From the NCBI GenBank assembly GCA_965649765.1, contig OZ287751.1, positions 68,882,001 to 68,946,000 on the forward strand: a stretch of 64,000 nucleotides of DNA, written 5' to 3'. Made by a program: the position numbers and the translations under genes. The first letter of the stretch is position 1. The number at the start of each line of letters is the position of its first letter. Under the pieces are notes generated by a model. That model was not told the origin of the DNA. It searched no databases and worked only from the letters and a program-made list of their open reading frames with translations. Positions 63,293-64,000 of this stretch are shown here, one piece after another. Source of the stretch: Bispira polyomma (Eukaryota).

Positions 63293-64000
63293 TTTTATTT
63301 AATATCAGTACTATAATTTACTTTAATCTTATGTCCATTTTGTACCTAGAGTCTTAATAATTACCATTTAAAACTGGACAACCGATTTATAAACACATAT
63401 TCCAAATAATTGTACTCGCCAGAAAATATTATTTTCTTTTATCCTTATATCTATATATTATTTTTTTTTTCAATTCCAAATACAATTATTCCATATTTAA
63501 TTCAATCAACCAGCAAATCTTTAAAAGGTGAAAAAAAAATGTTAATGTTTGAAAAAAAACAAAGACCATTAAAACACACCTTATCGTCCAAAGTAACGTT
63601 GCCCCTGCCCACACCCCAAAACTGGTCATATTTAACCCACACACACTGTCACACAGCCAACTACACTATCTTATGGTCTGTCAACTAAACTCTCTCAATA
63701 TGTACAGATATCAATTATTATATATATTTTGTTCCAATGACAGCCCCAGTACAGACACACGGACATTATTACCTACTTGGAAATTCACTTAATAGCCGTT
63801 AAAGTCAGCTAAAGTTTTCAAGACCTAAATGTATGACTGAGGCTCAAATTTCTTTCACCATATATATAATACACAATGTATGTACACATGTTTTTATAAT
63901 TTATTTATGGTATCAATGTTACTAGTCCATATAGTATATACATGAGCACAATTATTTGTAAAGAACAGAAATGATATAATTCTAGATTTACATAAAAAGG

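Noticed and set aside
1-64000. Additional conserved miRNAs (for example the mir-22/745 family) near the mir-29 pair
   Set aside because: Scanning by eye for known mature sequences found none with a hairpin. A BLAST of MirGeneDB matures would be needed to exclude them.

Overview
AT-rich animal genomic DNA, not prokaryotic. The repeat types suggest a marine invertebrate, possibly a mollusc (inference). Almost the whole window is non-coding and the ORF track is mostly spurious. The main functional elements all lie on the minus strand. (1) Two mir-29-family microRNA hairpins about 12.1 kb apart: mature UAGCACCAUUUGAAAUCAGUGC at 20453-20474 and UAGCACCAUUUGAAAUCAGUUU at 8330-8351. (2) One clean 165-nt, phase 0-0 coding exon (37321-37485) of an unidentified protein. 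(3) Two candidate non-coding exons, one ending at a donor at 22182 and one at 12055-12181, which could form a spliced pri-mir-29 host transcript with one hairpin per intron. The rest is transposon-derived: two ~1.5-kb Helentron/HINE-type elements with 143-bp internal tandem arrays, about 14 CAGT-ended MITEs with TA target duplications, several Harbinger-like and other TIR MITEs, tRNA-derived SINEs, L2-type LINE 3' ends and minisatellites. There is also a ~3-kb decayed coding relic of unknown origin. No CRISPR array, rRNA or true tRNA gene was seen. All calls were made by eye.
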